Source: Anthoceros angustus
Taxonomy: Eukaryota > Plantae > Anthocerotophyta
Direction: 5' to 3'
Assembly (NCBI GenBank): GCA_010909165.1
Contig: MU008180.1
Span: 681,884 to 745,883, forward strand
Length of the DNA stretch: 64,000 nucleotides
The notes beneath the pieces are model-generated. The model saw only the letters and a program-made list of their open reading frames with translations, did no database searches and was not told where the DNA came from. The position numbers were made by a program, and so were the translations under genes. Of this stretch, positions 1-12,093 are shown one piece after another. Positions within the stretch are counted from its first letter, which is position 1. Every line of letters starts with the position of its first letter.

Positions 1-977
1 GCATAAGGAATTTGCGTGCCCAGTTCTCAGCATCGGTGCCCACCCGCTCCACGAGGAGCATCCAACAAGACCACCATGCCACTAGTATGATAATCCGTGC
101 GCAGACAGAACAGTCGTTGTTATCTGGAAGAATCCCTCGCTCAGCCACGTCTTCGAAAGATCGATTCGCACTTTGACATCGACATGTTGAGCATAAACAC
201 TCAGCACCACTGTGCCCTATGAGCTAGCACCCCTTCGAGTAATCGGTGGCACGCTTCTCAACCTCCCGCATTTCTGTTACACGCCCAACAGGCTGCAGCA
301 GCTCACACGCACACGAGCTTGTCCCAAATTTTCGCGTACCGCTGCTTGCTCTACTGCAGGACTAGGGCTCCCACGTTGGCACACACGCTCCCAGGGAGCA
401 CACGAGTGTGCCGCTATCTGCTCCACCCATGCCTTCCTCAACTTTCAACCCTGATAACAGTACATACATCCACAGCCAGGACATCCCCATGGACCCCCCC
501 TCCAGTCACAGCAGTCCATGTCATATCACCTCTTGTCGCAGCCTGTGAACCACAGCAAAGCATCTGAAGCGGGAACCAAGAAAGAGCGATCCGAACGATC
601 GACCATCCGAACAACAACAGATGTCCAGCAGTGGCCACTGGTGACGAGTGGCGCGGGGAGAAGCCCCACTGACAGGAGCAGTCCCACCCCGAGAGCCCTG
701 TCGGGATACGTGGCCGCCGGAAAGCCCTGCCAGTCACATAGCCTGCCTGCCACAGCGCACACACACACACACAGATCCGATGGATACCGGAAGAATGAAA
801 TTATATGCTTTTAGACTACAGTGAAATTTAGAGCAGAAGCCGGTGGCCGGTCAGTGAGCCCGACGCAAAACCCTAGCATCAGACATCCGATCACAACAAC
901 TCTACACAACAAACAACAACAAAACCACAGTCCACCGTGCGAGTCGCCATCGCTGTAGGTCTATATCCACCGAACAG

Positions 978-1079
978 GCCTTGGAAGCTCATCCAAATCT
1001 CGTCACAACATCGCATGCACTAGAAAAAGCCTTGAAAGCTCATCCAAATCCCGTCACACCATCGCATGCAGTAGAAAAT
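978..1079. repeat. 51-bp imperfect tandem duplication (2 copies)
   Basis: gccttggaagctcatccaaatctcgtcac at 978 recurs as gccttgaaagctcatccaaatcccgtcac at 1029. Confidence 0.9.
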
Positions 1080-1206
1080 GGAAGAACGAATGAGGAAAAG
1101 ATGGACGAACAAAATAGGAAGTACAATATATATACACATGGAGGTAGACTGTACGGAGGAGTGCCACATGCACCCAAGGCAGCCCACATTGGCATCCGGG
1201 CCAACA

Positions 1207-1378
1207 GAGAGACGTGTTCTAGAGTCTGAATCTAAGTACATGCGGTGTGAATGGGGAGCATGCGGTGTGAATGGGGAGGGGCAGCAAAGGCTAACGTACG
1301 GAGAGACGTGTTCTAGAGTCTGAATCCAAGTACATGCGGTGTGAATGGGGAGCGGCAGCAAAGGCTACCGTACGGAGC
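1207..1378. repeat. Nested tandem duplication (about 94-bp unit, with a shorter unit present three times)
   Basis: gagagacgtgttctagagtctgaatc at 1207 and 1301; atgcggtgtgaatgggga occurs three times. Confidence 0.85.
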
Positions 1379-2235
1379 ACACGTCCCACCCCGGGTCAAG
1401 TGGAGAGCCATCAGGCGACATGTGGTGCAGGAGCTACAGTCCTGCAGTCGGGAGAACCGAGTCGGCTCTGGCCTGAGCCCGCAGTTGGCCTAACCGCGCC
1501 CACGGCCCGTCTCTGACATTTCATTTATGCGATTGCGACTGGTAATGCGCGATGTAAGCTTTGGTTTGGAGCTGGCCTGTTGGCTGCGCCTGCCTTCGTT
1601 TCCGGTCCCGGGGCCCCGCCAAAAGACACTCTCCAAAGCCCCTCTTCCAAATTCCCCGCCCAGCTGCCGCAGCCGCTCGCCCAGCCTTCCGCCTGCTGCA
1701 GCCGCTGCCGGTGGCCGCCTCGCCCCGCCAATTCCCCGGCCGAGATCGGCGTCTCCGGGCTCCGATCTGCTGCTCCCGGCCGCCGCCGGATTGCCGGCTC
1801 TGCCCCAGCTGCCGGCCGCCGGCAGGCCGGATCGACTGCATTGTCCTCTCGTCTCGCTATTCATGGCGCCGGTGCGCGGGACGGCGCAATTCCGCGGCCA
1901 GGGTGCGGGGCGGAGGAGGTAGGACAGGGCGGGGGAGCTGGAAGTGAGGGTCGGAGGCATGGAATCCAGGGCCGGCTTGCGGTGCAGGCGGGGGTTGCGG
2001 ATCGGGCGTGGGGAGTGAGGAATCCGGGGTTACGAGTTTGTAGTTTTGGAATCGAGGACGGCGGGATTGGGAGCTTTGGTGCGGCGCCGGGTGGGGGGAT
2101 ATGTGGTGCGGGCGCGGGGATGCAGGTCCCGTAGATGAGAGTTTCACGCTCCGGTCGGGGGGATGGTGAGCCTTGGCAGGCTGCGGTCTTGAGCAGATCG
2201 GGGCTTGGGGTTGGGATCGTGTGCGCGATCTGTTT

Positions 2236-5200
2236 ATGGCAAGGGCTGTAATGGAGGGCTGGATGGTACGGTATGGACGGCGTAAGATTGGTCGCTCCTT
2301 TTTTCACAAGCGCTACTTCGTGTTGGAGCCTGTTATGCTGGCCTACTACAAGCGGAAGCCATCTGATAAAGAGGTGATCCTCCGGTGGCATGCATTGGCA
2401 GGCTTGAGCTTTGCTGTTTGCCTGCTCCAGCTCCAGCAGTGCGTTGACTAAGTCACTGGTGGTGAGCCGACTGCGTTCCCTCTGCAGCCGTTTCGCTGAC
2501 ACCAACCATGGTCTGCGTGTGTCAGGTTCCCCTCAAATCTCTCCTCATCGACGGAAATTGCAGAGTGCAGGACCGAGGGCTGGAGACTCATCATGGTCAT
2601 GTAAGCTTAAAAAAATCTCCACAGCTCTGCTCCCCGATTGCATTTCCTACTCATCGGCACATGCATGCTCGAAACAAAGGACAGTTCCGTCGTTTTGGAG
2701 TTGAACACTCTGCGCTTCGACCCTGGGCAAATTGGGAACTTTAGATGACAGACCTGTGGATATATGAAGGGCACGATGAAGGGATTCGTTGACGGATTTT
2801 CTGCTTACGGCGGCGGTGGGCTAGTGCTCCTGCTTAAATATGCCACACTGAGCCTGCCATACCCTGACTTACTCATGGCTTTGATGCCGACAATGAGCCT
2901 GCATGTGGCATTTTTGTGCTAACGCATTTTGTGTGTTGCACGCCTCTGGCAGGCCGTGTATGTGCTGTCCGTCTACAACATGAAAGACAAGTCACATCGC
3001 ATAACGGTATGCAGAATACCACTGGCAGAGGCCAGTGCTGTGTAGGTTTTGCACAACGGTCTACAGGATCTTTTCTGCTAATCGTGGGCTTCGTGCATGC
3101 ATAGATGGCCGCGCTGAACATTCAGGAAGCGTGTGCCTGGAAGGAGGCACTTGAGCGTGTTATCGATCAGGTGACAGAATTGCAGCTAGTGCAAAAGTCT
3201 GCAACCGCTTCCCGGTTCGATAGTGCAGACTTCAAAATGGGCAATGAACCTGAGAGGACAGCGTCTTCTTCTGACAGAGAAAGCCTGTAAGTCTTACAAT
3301 GCTGACGATGATATCCTCTTCTTTTGATGGTTGAAAATGTAGCAGCGTTTCATCTGAATTCAGCTCTCTGCTTGGATCTGGTGTCAGTCCTGCACAGGAG
3401 GAAGACGAAAAACAGGGAGACTTGTGCGGAAACGGTGAAGAACAAAGTGATTACAAGCTTCTGCGTCCTCCATATGACCACTGTTCTTGCCAATGCCCTG
3501 CTAATGTTGTGTCTTTGTCTGATGCAGGTCTTCCAGATTCCGTCCAGGATTGGAGCTGTGCAGTTGACCCAATGTTTCGCGAGAGAGAGAAGGACCCATT
3601 GATATCTAGAAAGCACATGCGATTAGTACGATGTCAAAATGGCAAGGCCTATTCTCTGACCGTTTGTGGATGTGAATGCATGGTTGCAGAAAAAGTGGGG
3701 CACCCCTCTCAAGTAGGTTTTCATGTTGGGTGATGCAGGACTCCGATTCTTTGAGCAGATTGCGGACGGGAGCCGTGGGGTATTCTTTGTTGCCTTAGTT
3801 TGACCTCCTCTGATGGTGCTTTGGGAGCCTGCTTCCTAGCTCTAGATCCTGAATTTCGACAGCACATAATAACAAATGTCATTCTTCCAGAATCAGAGCC
3901 CCTACAAGGCTATGATGGCAGTGGGTGTTGTAGATGCCTCATGCTCAGACATTTTTGAGCTGATTATGGGCATGGGTGAGACGCGTTATGAGTAAGTATA
4001 TAGTGTTGTTTAGAGATATGAGGCTGAAATCATAACCATTTCTTAAATGTTACTGACATTTGCCATCGGATTTCAGATGGGATTGCAGCTTTCATGTTGG
4101 AAGTACAGTGGAGGAGGTGGATGGCCATACTGGTGTTGTCTATCATCGCTTGCAGCTAGAGTACTTTCCAATGTAACATTTGCAAAGCTTAATTCTTCGA
4201 CCAGATTGATCTGTGGAGTGTGTCGTGTATGCAATTGCATGTTCCGCGTTTTAGCTTGTTGATGATAACTGTATCTGAGATGGACTGTAGGCTGGTTTGG
4301 CCCCGTGATCTTTGCTACACACGGTATTGGAGACGAAATGATGATGGAAGCTATGGTATTGTCTGACTTCCCTCTCCATTACTTTGTGTGTTTGGTTGGT
4401 TACTGGCATGTTTCCGTTGAGGCCAGAGCTCTGGGGTTTTCATGCCGGTTCTGAAGTTGGAACTTCTTCTGTTTCAGTTATTTTGTTCCGATCCAGAGAA
4501 CATCCACTTTGCCCTCCTCAACCTGGTTGTGTACGCGCTCACATGGAAAGTAAGTATACAACTTAATTTCTCTGTGAGTTGAAGTGTTTGTGATGCCTTA
4601 TAATCTGCTTATTTACTCACACAAGATCCCCGGAATCTGTGTTGTCTTGGGCTCATTCGTGGGTCCTCTGGTGGCAGGTGGAGGGTTTACTATTTCTCCC
4701 CTTCAAAACCGTGCTAATTCAGGGGAGCCTCGCGCGCGAGTGCAGCACCTTGTGGAGATTGATCTCAAAGGTTGGGGGGTTGGACGTGTGCCCTTCTTTC
4801 AGCAGCATACCATGATCCAGATGCTGAACAGTGTCGCTGGTTTGTCACTTCACCCCATGGTCACTAAAGCTTACAAAGCCTTCCACTGTGTTTGTAAATG
4901 CTCTTTAATGAGAACCTGTCCCATGGACTTGTGTGCGGTACTGCAGGTTTGCGAGAATGGTTTGCCCAAAGAGATGGAGGTCAGGTGCCCACTCCAACAC
5001 CAAGAATGGGGAAGATGTCAGCAGGTCTAGTCACCAAAAAGCAAAGGAAGCGGCATATTGAACCGACTTCATCGATGGAGCAAATGCAGGCTGCAAGCCT
5101 GCAAGAGGCGCTGGCAGATGAAGAGTCGGATGATGAGGCAGATGACTTTGTGGTGGAGGACAAAGAGGTTCATCTTGCTTTGCCTGCAGTCAATGTGGAG

Positions 5201-6820
5201 AATGTGTGGATGGCTTCATGAATTCTGCTCCTGTAGTCTTACAGGATGTGCTGGTTAACTGTTGTGCAGTTGCTATCTCGGAAACTGTTCAAGGAACAAA
5301 GCTCTCCTGGTAAACCAATTGGTCTTTTCCTCCTTGGTCTTCTGAGTGGAGTGAGCTCCTTCATTATCTGGAGCACGTCCTCCTTTGCGTTGTCTGACTT
5401 GATATGCTTCGGCAAAGATGGTGCAGTGAGGAGCATTTCAGAAGAAGAGTTGTCACAAAGTTTTGATTTAACTGCGTTTTGCGGCTCATTGAAGAAAGGG
5501 GATCTTGAAACGGGGAAGAATTGCTGGAGTATACCTCATGGCAACAATTTTAGAGTTAGAAGCAAGCGCTTCCTTACTGACCGAACAAAAGTGAGGCCCT
5601 TTTGAATTTGTATTTGCCTTTCTTGTGTCGTCACTGTTCCCTTTGAGTGCCATATCCGAGATTCACTAAATGTTGTGGATGAACAAAGGTGCCTGCAGGG
5701 GAGCCTTTGATGCAGCTGGTTGCAGTTGATTGGTTCAAAGACATAAAGAGAATGGACCATTTGGCCAGACGGAAAGGCTGTGCTGCTCAGGTGTGTCTTG
5801 CTAGGCTGCCTTCTCTTCATTGTGAGATATATACTTGTGGGTAGTTCTGGGCGAATTGTTCTCACAGCTCCAGCTGTTTTGCAGGTAGCGGCTGAGAAAG
5901 GCTTTTTCACCATAGCCTTCAATATACAAGTGAGTCAGCGAGTTGCTTGCACGTAGGTTATGGGGAACAATGTCTGTCTGGTGTCTCAGGACGAATGTGG
6001 TAATGAATTCGGTTATCTGTGTGTACTGTGACAGGTTCCTGGCTCCATGCACTACAGCATGGTCTTTTATTTTGTGTCCAAGAAGCCTTTTGTGCAAGGC
6101 TCGTTGTTACAACGTTTTGTTGATGGTGATGATAGCTTTCGAAACTGTAGGTTGAAGCTGATTCCCTCTGTTCCCAAGGTGCGCTCCTGGCGCCTTGCCA
6201 TGTGTTGTTGTGGTTTTGTCTTTGTTTTTTCCTTTTTGGTTGTGATGGCTGGCTATGCTGCGGAGTTCTTACTTGTGTCCCCATCGTTGTCAGGGCTCTT
6301 GGATTGTAAGGCAAAGTGTCGGCAGCACACCTTGCATTTTGGGAAAGGCTGTGGATTGTACGTATATCCGTGGTCAGAAGTACCTAGAGGTACAGGAAAT
6401 ACTTCGCACCGTGGAGAGCAGTCTCTATCGATGGAGGTGTCACCTTGAGACGCTGATGTGCGTGTGTCGGTCCTGGTTCTGCAGGTAGACGCCGACATCG
6501 GGTCGTCAACTGTGGCAAATGGAGTTTTGTCACTGGTCTTTGGTGTGGTGACGTCATTAGTTGTCGACATGGCTTTTCTTATCCAGGTATGTAACAGATG
6601 CTGAACAGTCAAGTTTTGCAAGCTGTTGACAGCCCAAGTTTTGACAGGCCTCATCTCGAGACTGAATGCTTCTGAACGTCGGCCCCGTTCGCAGGGAAAT
6701 GGCATGGACGAGCTACCGGAAAGACTAATAGGTGCTGTGCGAGTTTCACAGCTGGAACTAAGTGCAGCGATCTCTCCAGAGCAGAACCTGGACAGTTCAG
6801 CAACTGTAGGAAGCGTTTGA
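2236..6820 (+). CDS. EDR2: EDR2-like PH-START-DUF1336 lipid-binding protein, multi-exon (about 20 exons)
   Basis: N-terminus MARAVMEGWMVRYGRRKIGRSFFHKRYFVLEP (PH). START motifs WDCSF, VWPRDLCYTRYWRRNDDGSY, GGFTISPL. DUF1336 motifs NNFRVRSKRF, RLKLIPSVPKGSWIVRQSVG, ELPERLIGAVRV. The exons I traced join in frame at GT/GC-AG sites. Confidence 0.95.
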
Positions 6821-8022
6821 CAGTTTTGTTCCCTAGTGCAAAATCATTATAATGTTTTATATCTGTGGCTGTTCTCACCTTCAATTCGGGGTCTTCGGAG
6901 TCTGTCGAAAAGAGGTGTGATGAGACTGATGTCCCATCTTCTCAATGGAGAGAAGGTGATAGATCTGTCACCCTCGCTCATGAAGAGCGTGGTGAATCGC
7001 TTTGAACTGAAGGGGTGAGAAGTGACTTCCGTCCCGAACAGAGAAGTGTTTGGAGTAAAGGCGGAATGGGAATTTATTCGAGCCGCAACGAGGTAGCCGT
7101 TTGTTGTTTTGCGCTCGTATCCTAGTCTGTGCCGACTGCATTGAGAGACATATGGCTCCTCGAGTTTGGAGCTGGGCTTGGGTTTCGTACCTACGCGGTG
7201 GCAGGTTGTTAAGTACTGTACGAAATCTAGGAAGCAGCTCGAAGTGCAAGGACGGTCAAGTGGGATGCCCGGCAGAGCCGTGTTTTGGGAGATTCGCCGA
7301 TGTAGTAGACAAGGTTTGGGTGCGATCACGGCCTTGACCTTTTCACACGGACGACATGGCTTGGGTGGGTGGGTGGCTGGCTCGCTGGCGACATCTGCAT
7401 CATGATCCGTTCAGCAGCAGGCAGCAGCGGCTGGGAAGGACGACTTGGCAGATGTCAAAAGAAGAACCTTTTTCTCACAGATGTCAGCTGAGGTTTGACA
7501 TCGGAGAAGATGAATAACAAAGAGTGTCTGAATTGCAAGCTTCCAAAGCGAGCTTCCAATGCATATGGTACAACTACAAAGCAGAGAGACTCTGCCATCT
7601 CCAAGCCCTGAGTCAGGAAAGCATCCTAGACTTGGAGATGGGCTGGCACATGAGAGCTTCTACTGTGCACCCTCCTCTCCTCATAGCCTGGGGGGTGCTG
7701 CTGCTATTTTCTTCTTCTTTCTTCCCATAAAGAATAATGGATCACCACAGGAGTGAGGTGCTCTCCAGGAAAACTGAGCGACCAGCATCCGGGTGCGATG
7801 TCATCATATACACGAGACACAAATGCTACTCCGAGTGTGAGCTTTCAAGGGCGTCCTTGAAGGTATCCATGCCGCTTTGAAGCTCAACTCAACCATTGTC
7901 TGACCGACCTATGCACAACCTAACCTCAATCTCATCTCATCCCATCCCATCCCAGCAGCTGGAAAGTAGTTAACAACAACTCGCTGAAAAAAAACCGCTA
8001 ACCTTTCCTTGCCGACCTTCCC

Positions 8023-10422
8023 TCAAGCCATCGAACTGCGAGGGAGGGCTTGCATGCCAGGAGGCAGCTGGAAGCCGGTGCATGTCACGTCCGCCGCGTA
8101 GTAGCTCAGCGGCATGGCAGTCACCACCTCCTCCTTCACCGCCATCCGGGAGCTCCCGATCGCGGACGAAGCGGGGGACGGCACATTCAAGAAAGCCGCC
8201 ATATGCTGCTGCGCGGCAGTGAAAGGGACCGCCTGCTGCTGCTCCATACCTGCTGCCACCGTGTAGCGGGATGCGAGGCTGGCTTGGCGGCCATGCCCGG
8301 ACGCGTCCGGCCTGAGCTTGGAGAAGGGAGACTGGAGTAAAGGCGGGCTGCATCTCTTGCTGCCACTGCTCTTTTCCTCCTCGCTGGAGCTGTAAATGTG
8401 ATCTTGACACTCGGGGTGCGCCTTTTTGTGAGCCACCAGGTTGCACTTGAAGGCGAACTTCATGCCGCACTTGCACTCCATGGGCTCTCCGCAGATCTTC
8501 TCGTGGTCCCTCAAATCCACCTCGATGTAAAACCTCTTGCTGCACTTCCTGCACGCATGCCGCTTTTCGCCCTGCGTATGCTTCCTTCCGAAATGCCGCC
8601 TCAACTCGTACAACCCCACGAAGGTTCTCTTGCACACCGGACACCGGCACGGGATCTTCTTGTTCTGCCCCGCCTTGCAGATCGCCGACAGCGGCTGCTG
8701 CAGCTGCTGCTGCTGCTGCGCCTGAGCCCCCGCTCCCGCTCCCGCACCCGCCGTGGCGTGCGTCTTCCTGTGCATCCTCATCGTCTGCGGGTTCTTGAAC
8801 GTCTTGTTGCACCCCGCGTGAGTGCAACGGAAGGGGCGGCGGTTTTGGATGAGATCCAGGGGAATGACCGCTGCCTGCTCCTGATCATGCGAGCTGTACT
8901 CCCCGCCCGAGGAAGTGCTGGAAGTGGAGAGCATGCTCTGCAAAGCCGGCGCCTCCTGCAGACCCTGCTGGTGCGGCGGGGATGCCTTGCCGGCGCTGAA
9001 CTCCTCACTGGACGATCTGGCCATGTCCGCATGCTGGCTCAGAGCCTGGTGCTCCGCAATGCCATCGATGTCGTAGCCAAAAACCGCCTGCCCCTGCCCC
9101 GGCGCGTCCGTCTCCGGCACCACCACATTTACAGCCGGAGCCGCGGTGAGCTCACCCGACACCAGCAAATCCAGCTCCGACCCGGTGCAAAATGTGAGCG
9201 GCTTGGAATCCACCTTGTCCTGGAAGTTGCTGTCGGAGAGGCACAGATTTACATACTGAAGCTCCTGGGAGTCGGCCTGGGAGCAGCTCTGCTGGCTGTG
9301 CTGCTGCTGCTGATGCTGCTGCTGCTGCTGCTGCCGCTGCTGCCGCTGCTGCTGCTCGGAGATGATGTCGTTGAAATTCATGGCCTCCTGCATCATGTTG
9401 CAGCCGGCCAGTACATCCATCTCGGTAGCTGCCTGCTGCATATCAACAACCGGGGCCGGGGCGAAGGTTGTGTGCAGGTGCTCGACCATGGCATTGTTGT
9501 GCTGCATTTCCTGCATTTCCTGGTACGACGCCAGCAGCTGCTGCTGCTCCCGGCAAATTTGCTTGTGCATCATCATCATGTCGGCCTGGCAGCACGCGTT
9601 GTGGTGGCGCAGGAACTGGTTGGCTCTCGCCATGTACTCCAGCTCCGCACACACAGCAGCCGAGTCCGGGACGCCGTGAGCGGGGCCTTGCGAGGACGAA
9701 GGATCGAGGTTGAGCAGATACTGCAAGCCCTTGCTTGACAGGTCCTGCTGCAGCATGAGGTCCATTCCCGGCTGCGCTGCTGCCACCGATCCGGCGCCGA
9801 TTTGATGCGCGGATCCGGGAGAAGCATCCACCATCATCTGGTCTCCCTGCTGGCAGTGGTCCACAGCCTGAGGCAGCATCCGCTCCTGGGACAGGGGGGA
9901 CAGAATGGACTTCAAGGTGGACACCAGGTTGGGATGCATGGTGACCGGAGCTCCGGGAGTGGAGGCAGCGGCAGAGACCGAGACGGAAGCAGACATTGCC
10001 GGGACCTGGTGCGGCATGGACGCGACCTGGTGCATCATATCAGACGCCTGGAGCGCGAGGAATTGAGAGCGGTCTTGATACCGCATCCCGGACATGACAT
10101 GGGGCGGGCAGGACGCCGGCTGGTGCTGGTGCTGGTGCTGCTGCGGGAACTGGAGCGCTGCAGGCAGCTGCGAGATGTGGCAGGGGTGCGAGTCGTGGAC
10201 GGCAGGCAGACTCATGGGAGCAACGACGCTGAGATCAAGATGAGCACTCACAATGTCCCCGATGGACATGCCGTGCGCGCCCGGGGAGTAGGTGTCGTGG
10301 AAGAGCGCCGCCGCCGGAGTGTGGCAGCTGTCCTCCGAGCCGCTGGACAGGGCCGGCCCCTGCAGCATGTGCAGACAGCAGTCCACGTCCAGGGCGGAAG
10401 AGGCAGAGGAAGCGGGAGACAT
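8023..10422 (-). CDS. Single-exon C2H2 zinc-finger transcription factor, WIP/STOP1/IDD-type four-finger array, Gln-rich N-terminal region
   Basis: Fingers FRCTHAGCNKTFKNPQTMRMHRKTH, CPVCKRTFVGLYELRRHFGRKH, ACRKCSKRFYIEVDLRDHEKIC, CKCGMKFAFKCNLVAHKKAH. First ATG is at 10422; the ORF track start at 10581 is a GTG. Confidence 0.92.
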   Translation of the reverse strand: MSPASSASSALDVDCCLHMLQGPALSSGSEDSCHTPAAALFHDTYSPGAHGMSIGDIVSAHLDLSVVAPMSLPAVHDSHPCHISQLPAALQFPQQHQHQHQPASCPPHVMSGMRYQDRSQFLALQASDMMHQVASMPHQVPAMSASVSVSAAASTPGAPVTMHPNLVSTLKSILSPLSQERMLPQAVDHCQQGDQMMVDASPGSAHQIGAGSVAAAQPGMDLMLQQDLSSKGLQYLLNLDPSSSQGPAHGVPDSAAVCAELEYMARANQFLRHHNACCQADMMMMHKQICREQQQLLASYQEMQEMQHNNAMVEHLHTTFAPAPVVDMQQAATEMDVLAGCNMMQEAMNFNDIISEQQQRQQRQQQQQQHQQQQHSQQSCSQADSQELQYVNLCLSDSNFQDKVDSKPLTFCTGSELDLLVSGELTAAPAVNVVVPETDAPGQGQAVFGYDIDGIAEHQALSQHADMARSSSEEFSAGKASPPHQQGLQEAPALQSMLSTSSTSSGGEYSSHDQEQAAVIPLDLIQNRRPFRCTHAGCNKTFKNPQTMRMHRKTHATAGAGAGAGAQAQQQQQLQQPLSAICKAGQNKKIPCRCPVCKRTFVGLYELRRHFGRKHTQGEKRHACRKCSKRFYIEVDLRDHEKICGEPMECKCGMKFAFKCNLVAHKKAHPECQDHIYSSSEEEKSSGSKRCSPPLLQSPFSKLRPDASGHGRQASLASRYTVAAGMEQQQAVPFTAAQQHMAAFLNVPSPASSAIGSSRMAVKEEVVTAMPLSYYAADVTCTGFQLPPGMQALPRSSMA

Positions 10423-11459
10423 GGCGGCTGCAACGGGAAAGGAATAGGAAAAGGGAAGCCTACAATTGGACCAGCTTACATCACTCCGAGGGACAATGTT
10501 ATCTCGGCAAGACAGGAAGAGCTTGCCAGGACCAAGGCAAGAAGGCAAGCACAGACAGACAGTGGGAGCTCCCTCTCTCACTCACTCATTCGCTCACTCA
10601 CTCACGGTTGCTGCAGCAGGAGCTCCAGGAAACGAGAGATTCGATGATAGGACGAGCACAACATCCTCAAGGCCAGCCGGAGGTGCTAGCTCGGGGGCTG
10701 GTGGCGGGGCGTCGGGGGGAGCTCCAATGCAGGTTCGCCAGCCTTGTGCAATTAGCAGCAGATTTGGCTTGGGGCATTCCCCGCGGCCTACCTGCATGCG
10801 GAGGAGGGGGAGGAGGAGAGGGCAGAATGTTCCATGTTGCCAGCAGCAGCGAGAAGCGGGTGCAGGCTATCCGGCCCAAGGGCAAGAGCAGGAGCTGGAG
10901 AAGCTCTTGCTCGCTTCAAGGAGGGCAGGAAGGAAAAAAGGGGTTGTTGAGAGGACAGGACACCACCACACATCCAGAGCAAGAGCGGAGGAGGAGGAGA
11001 TGAAGAAGAAGATGAAGCAGAGGAAGGGGAAGAGGAAGAGAAAGAGGAAGGGGAGGAAGGAGATGCAGATGGGAAAGGGGGGAAGAATGAGAGCACCAAA
11101 TCTGTGGAGCGATTTGTGTTGAGAGGTGCTTCGGCGTGGGAGAGGGTAGAAATGCGGGGCAGGGAGCGAGTTGCAAGGAGCATGGGGCGCATTTTCTCAC
11201 CCGGCGGGGGTAGAAATGGCTGAAATTAGCGACTGGGCGCGCGCTTGTTTGTTGCGCTCCCCGGTTTAACCATCCGGGTCGCTAATAATAGGAGCTTGGA
11301 GCACGGCGGTATCGGTGGTGGAGGTTAATAGGCTAGTGCCCTCGGCCATGATCCTGACAGGTGCGGTGGGGCCTGTCAGGCCTGGCGTCGTTAGTTGGCG
11401 ACAAAAGAGCTAACTGACGCCACCCGTCGCCTCCATTAAAGCACTGGGATTTAGTCTCC

Positions 11460-11520
11460 GGGGAGCGGGAGCGGGACGGGGAGCGGGACCGGGAGCGGGA
11501 CCGGGACCGGGAGCGGGACC
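11460..11520. repeat. Hexamer microsatellite (GGGAGC/GGGACC)n
   Basis: About 10 consecutive GGGAGC or GGGACC units. Confidence 0.95.
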
Positions 11521-11591
11521 CCGCCTCCCCCGTTGATGTACAATATTTGTGGGCCAGGTAGTTTTGTAGGCGGTAGCGCAGGATAATAATG

Positions 11592-11685
11592 CCTGCCCTG
11601 CCCCGCCTGCCCCGTCCTGCCCCGTCCTGCCCGTCCTGCCCCGTCCTGCCCCGCCTGCCCCGCCTGCCCCGCTGCCCCGCTGCCC
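11592..11685. repeat. Decamer-like repeat (GCCCCGTCCT/GCCCCGCCT)n
   Basis: About 9 degenerate units read directly. Confidence 0.9.
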
Positions 11686-12040
11686 ACGAACGGGCTGCGC
11701 GGGCACCCTGTCGGCAGCACTGACCCCCGCCTTCCCCGCGGCCAGTGAACGGGCCTCCCTGCCGAGCCTTCCGGGCCGGCCCGCCCCCTGCTGCTTCAAC
11801 AGTCATCTGCAATCCCGATTCGTCCAAAGCGACAAGGAGACGCGGGCACCACCACAACCCGAGTCGAGGGCGAGTCAAGTGAGAAAAGAGTCAAGGTGTG
11901 TGTACAGTAGGTGTGCAGGCAGTTGTGAGGGATAGCGGCTGAGGATGTGGCTGTGGCTGCGGCTGCTGTGGCTGCGGCTGAGGCTTGTGGCTGGGGCTGT
12001 GGCTTTGGCGTTATGAAGGTGGAAGTTATGGCCGCATTCA

Positions 12041-12093
12041 TGCAGAGATGCAGAGATGCAGAGATGCAGAGATGCAGAGATGCAGAGATGCAG
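12041..12093. repeat. Octamer microsatellite (TGCAGAGA)n
   Basis: About 6.5 perfect units. Confidence 0.95.

Noticed and set aside
1-1500. Possible minus-strand exons or a retroelement at the window start
   Set aside because: No recognisable peptide in any frame; only local duplications are supportable.
6836-7405. Short ORFs on both strands between EDR2 and the zinc-finger gene
   Set aside because: No motifs or convincing exon structure; most likely 3' UTR or intergenic sequence.
8398-10647. Long + strand ORFs (446 aa and 281 aa) over the zinc-finger gene
   Set aside because: Antisense shadows of a GC3-rich coding sequence, with no domain content.
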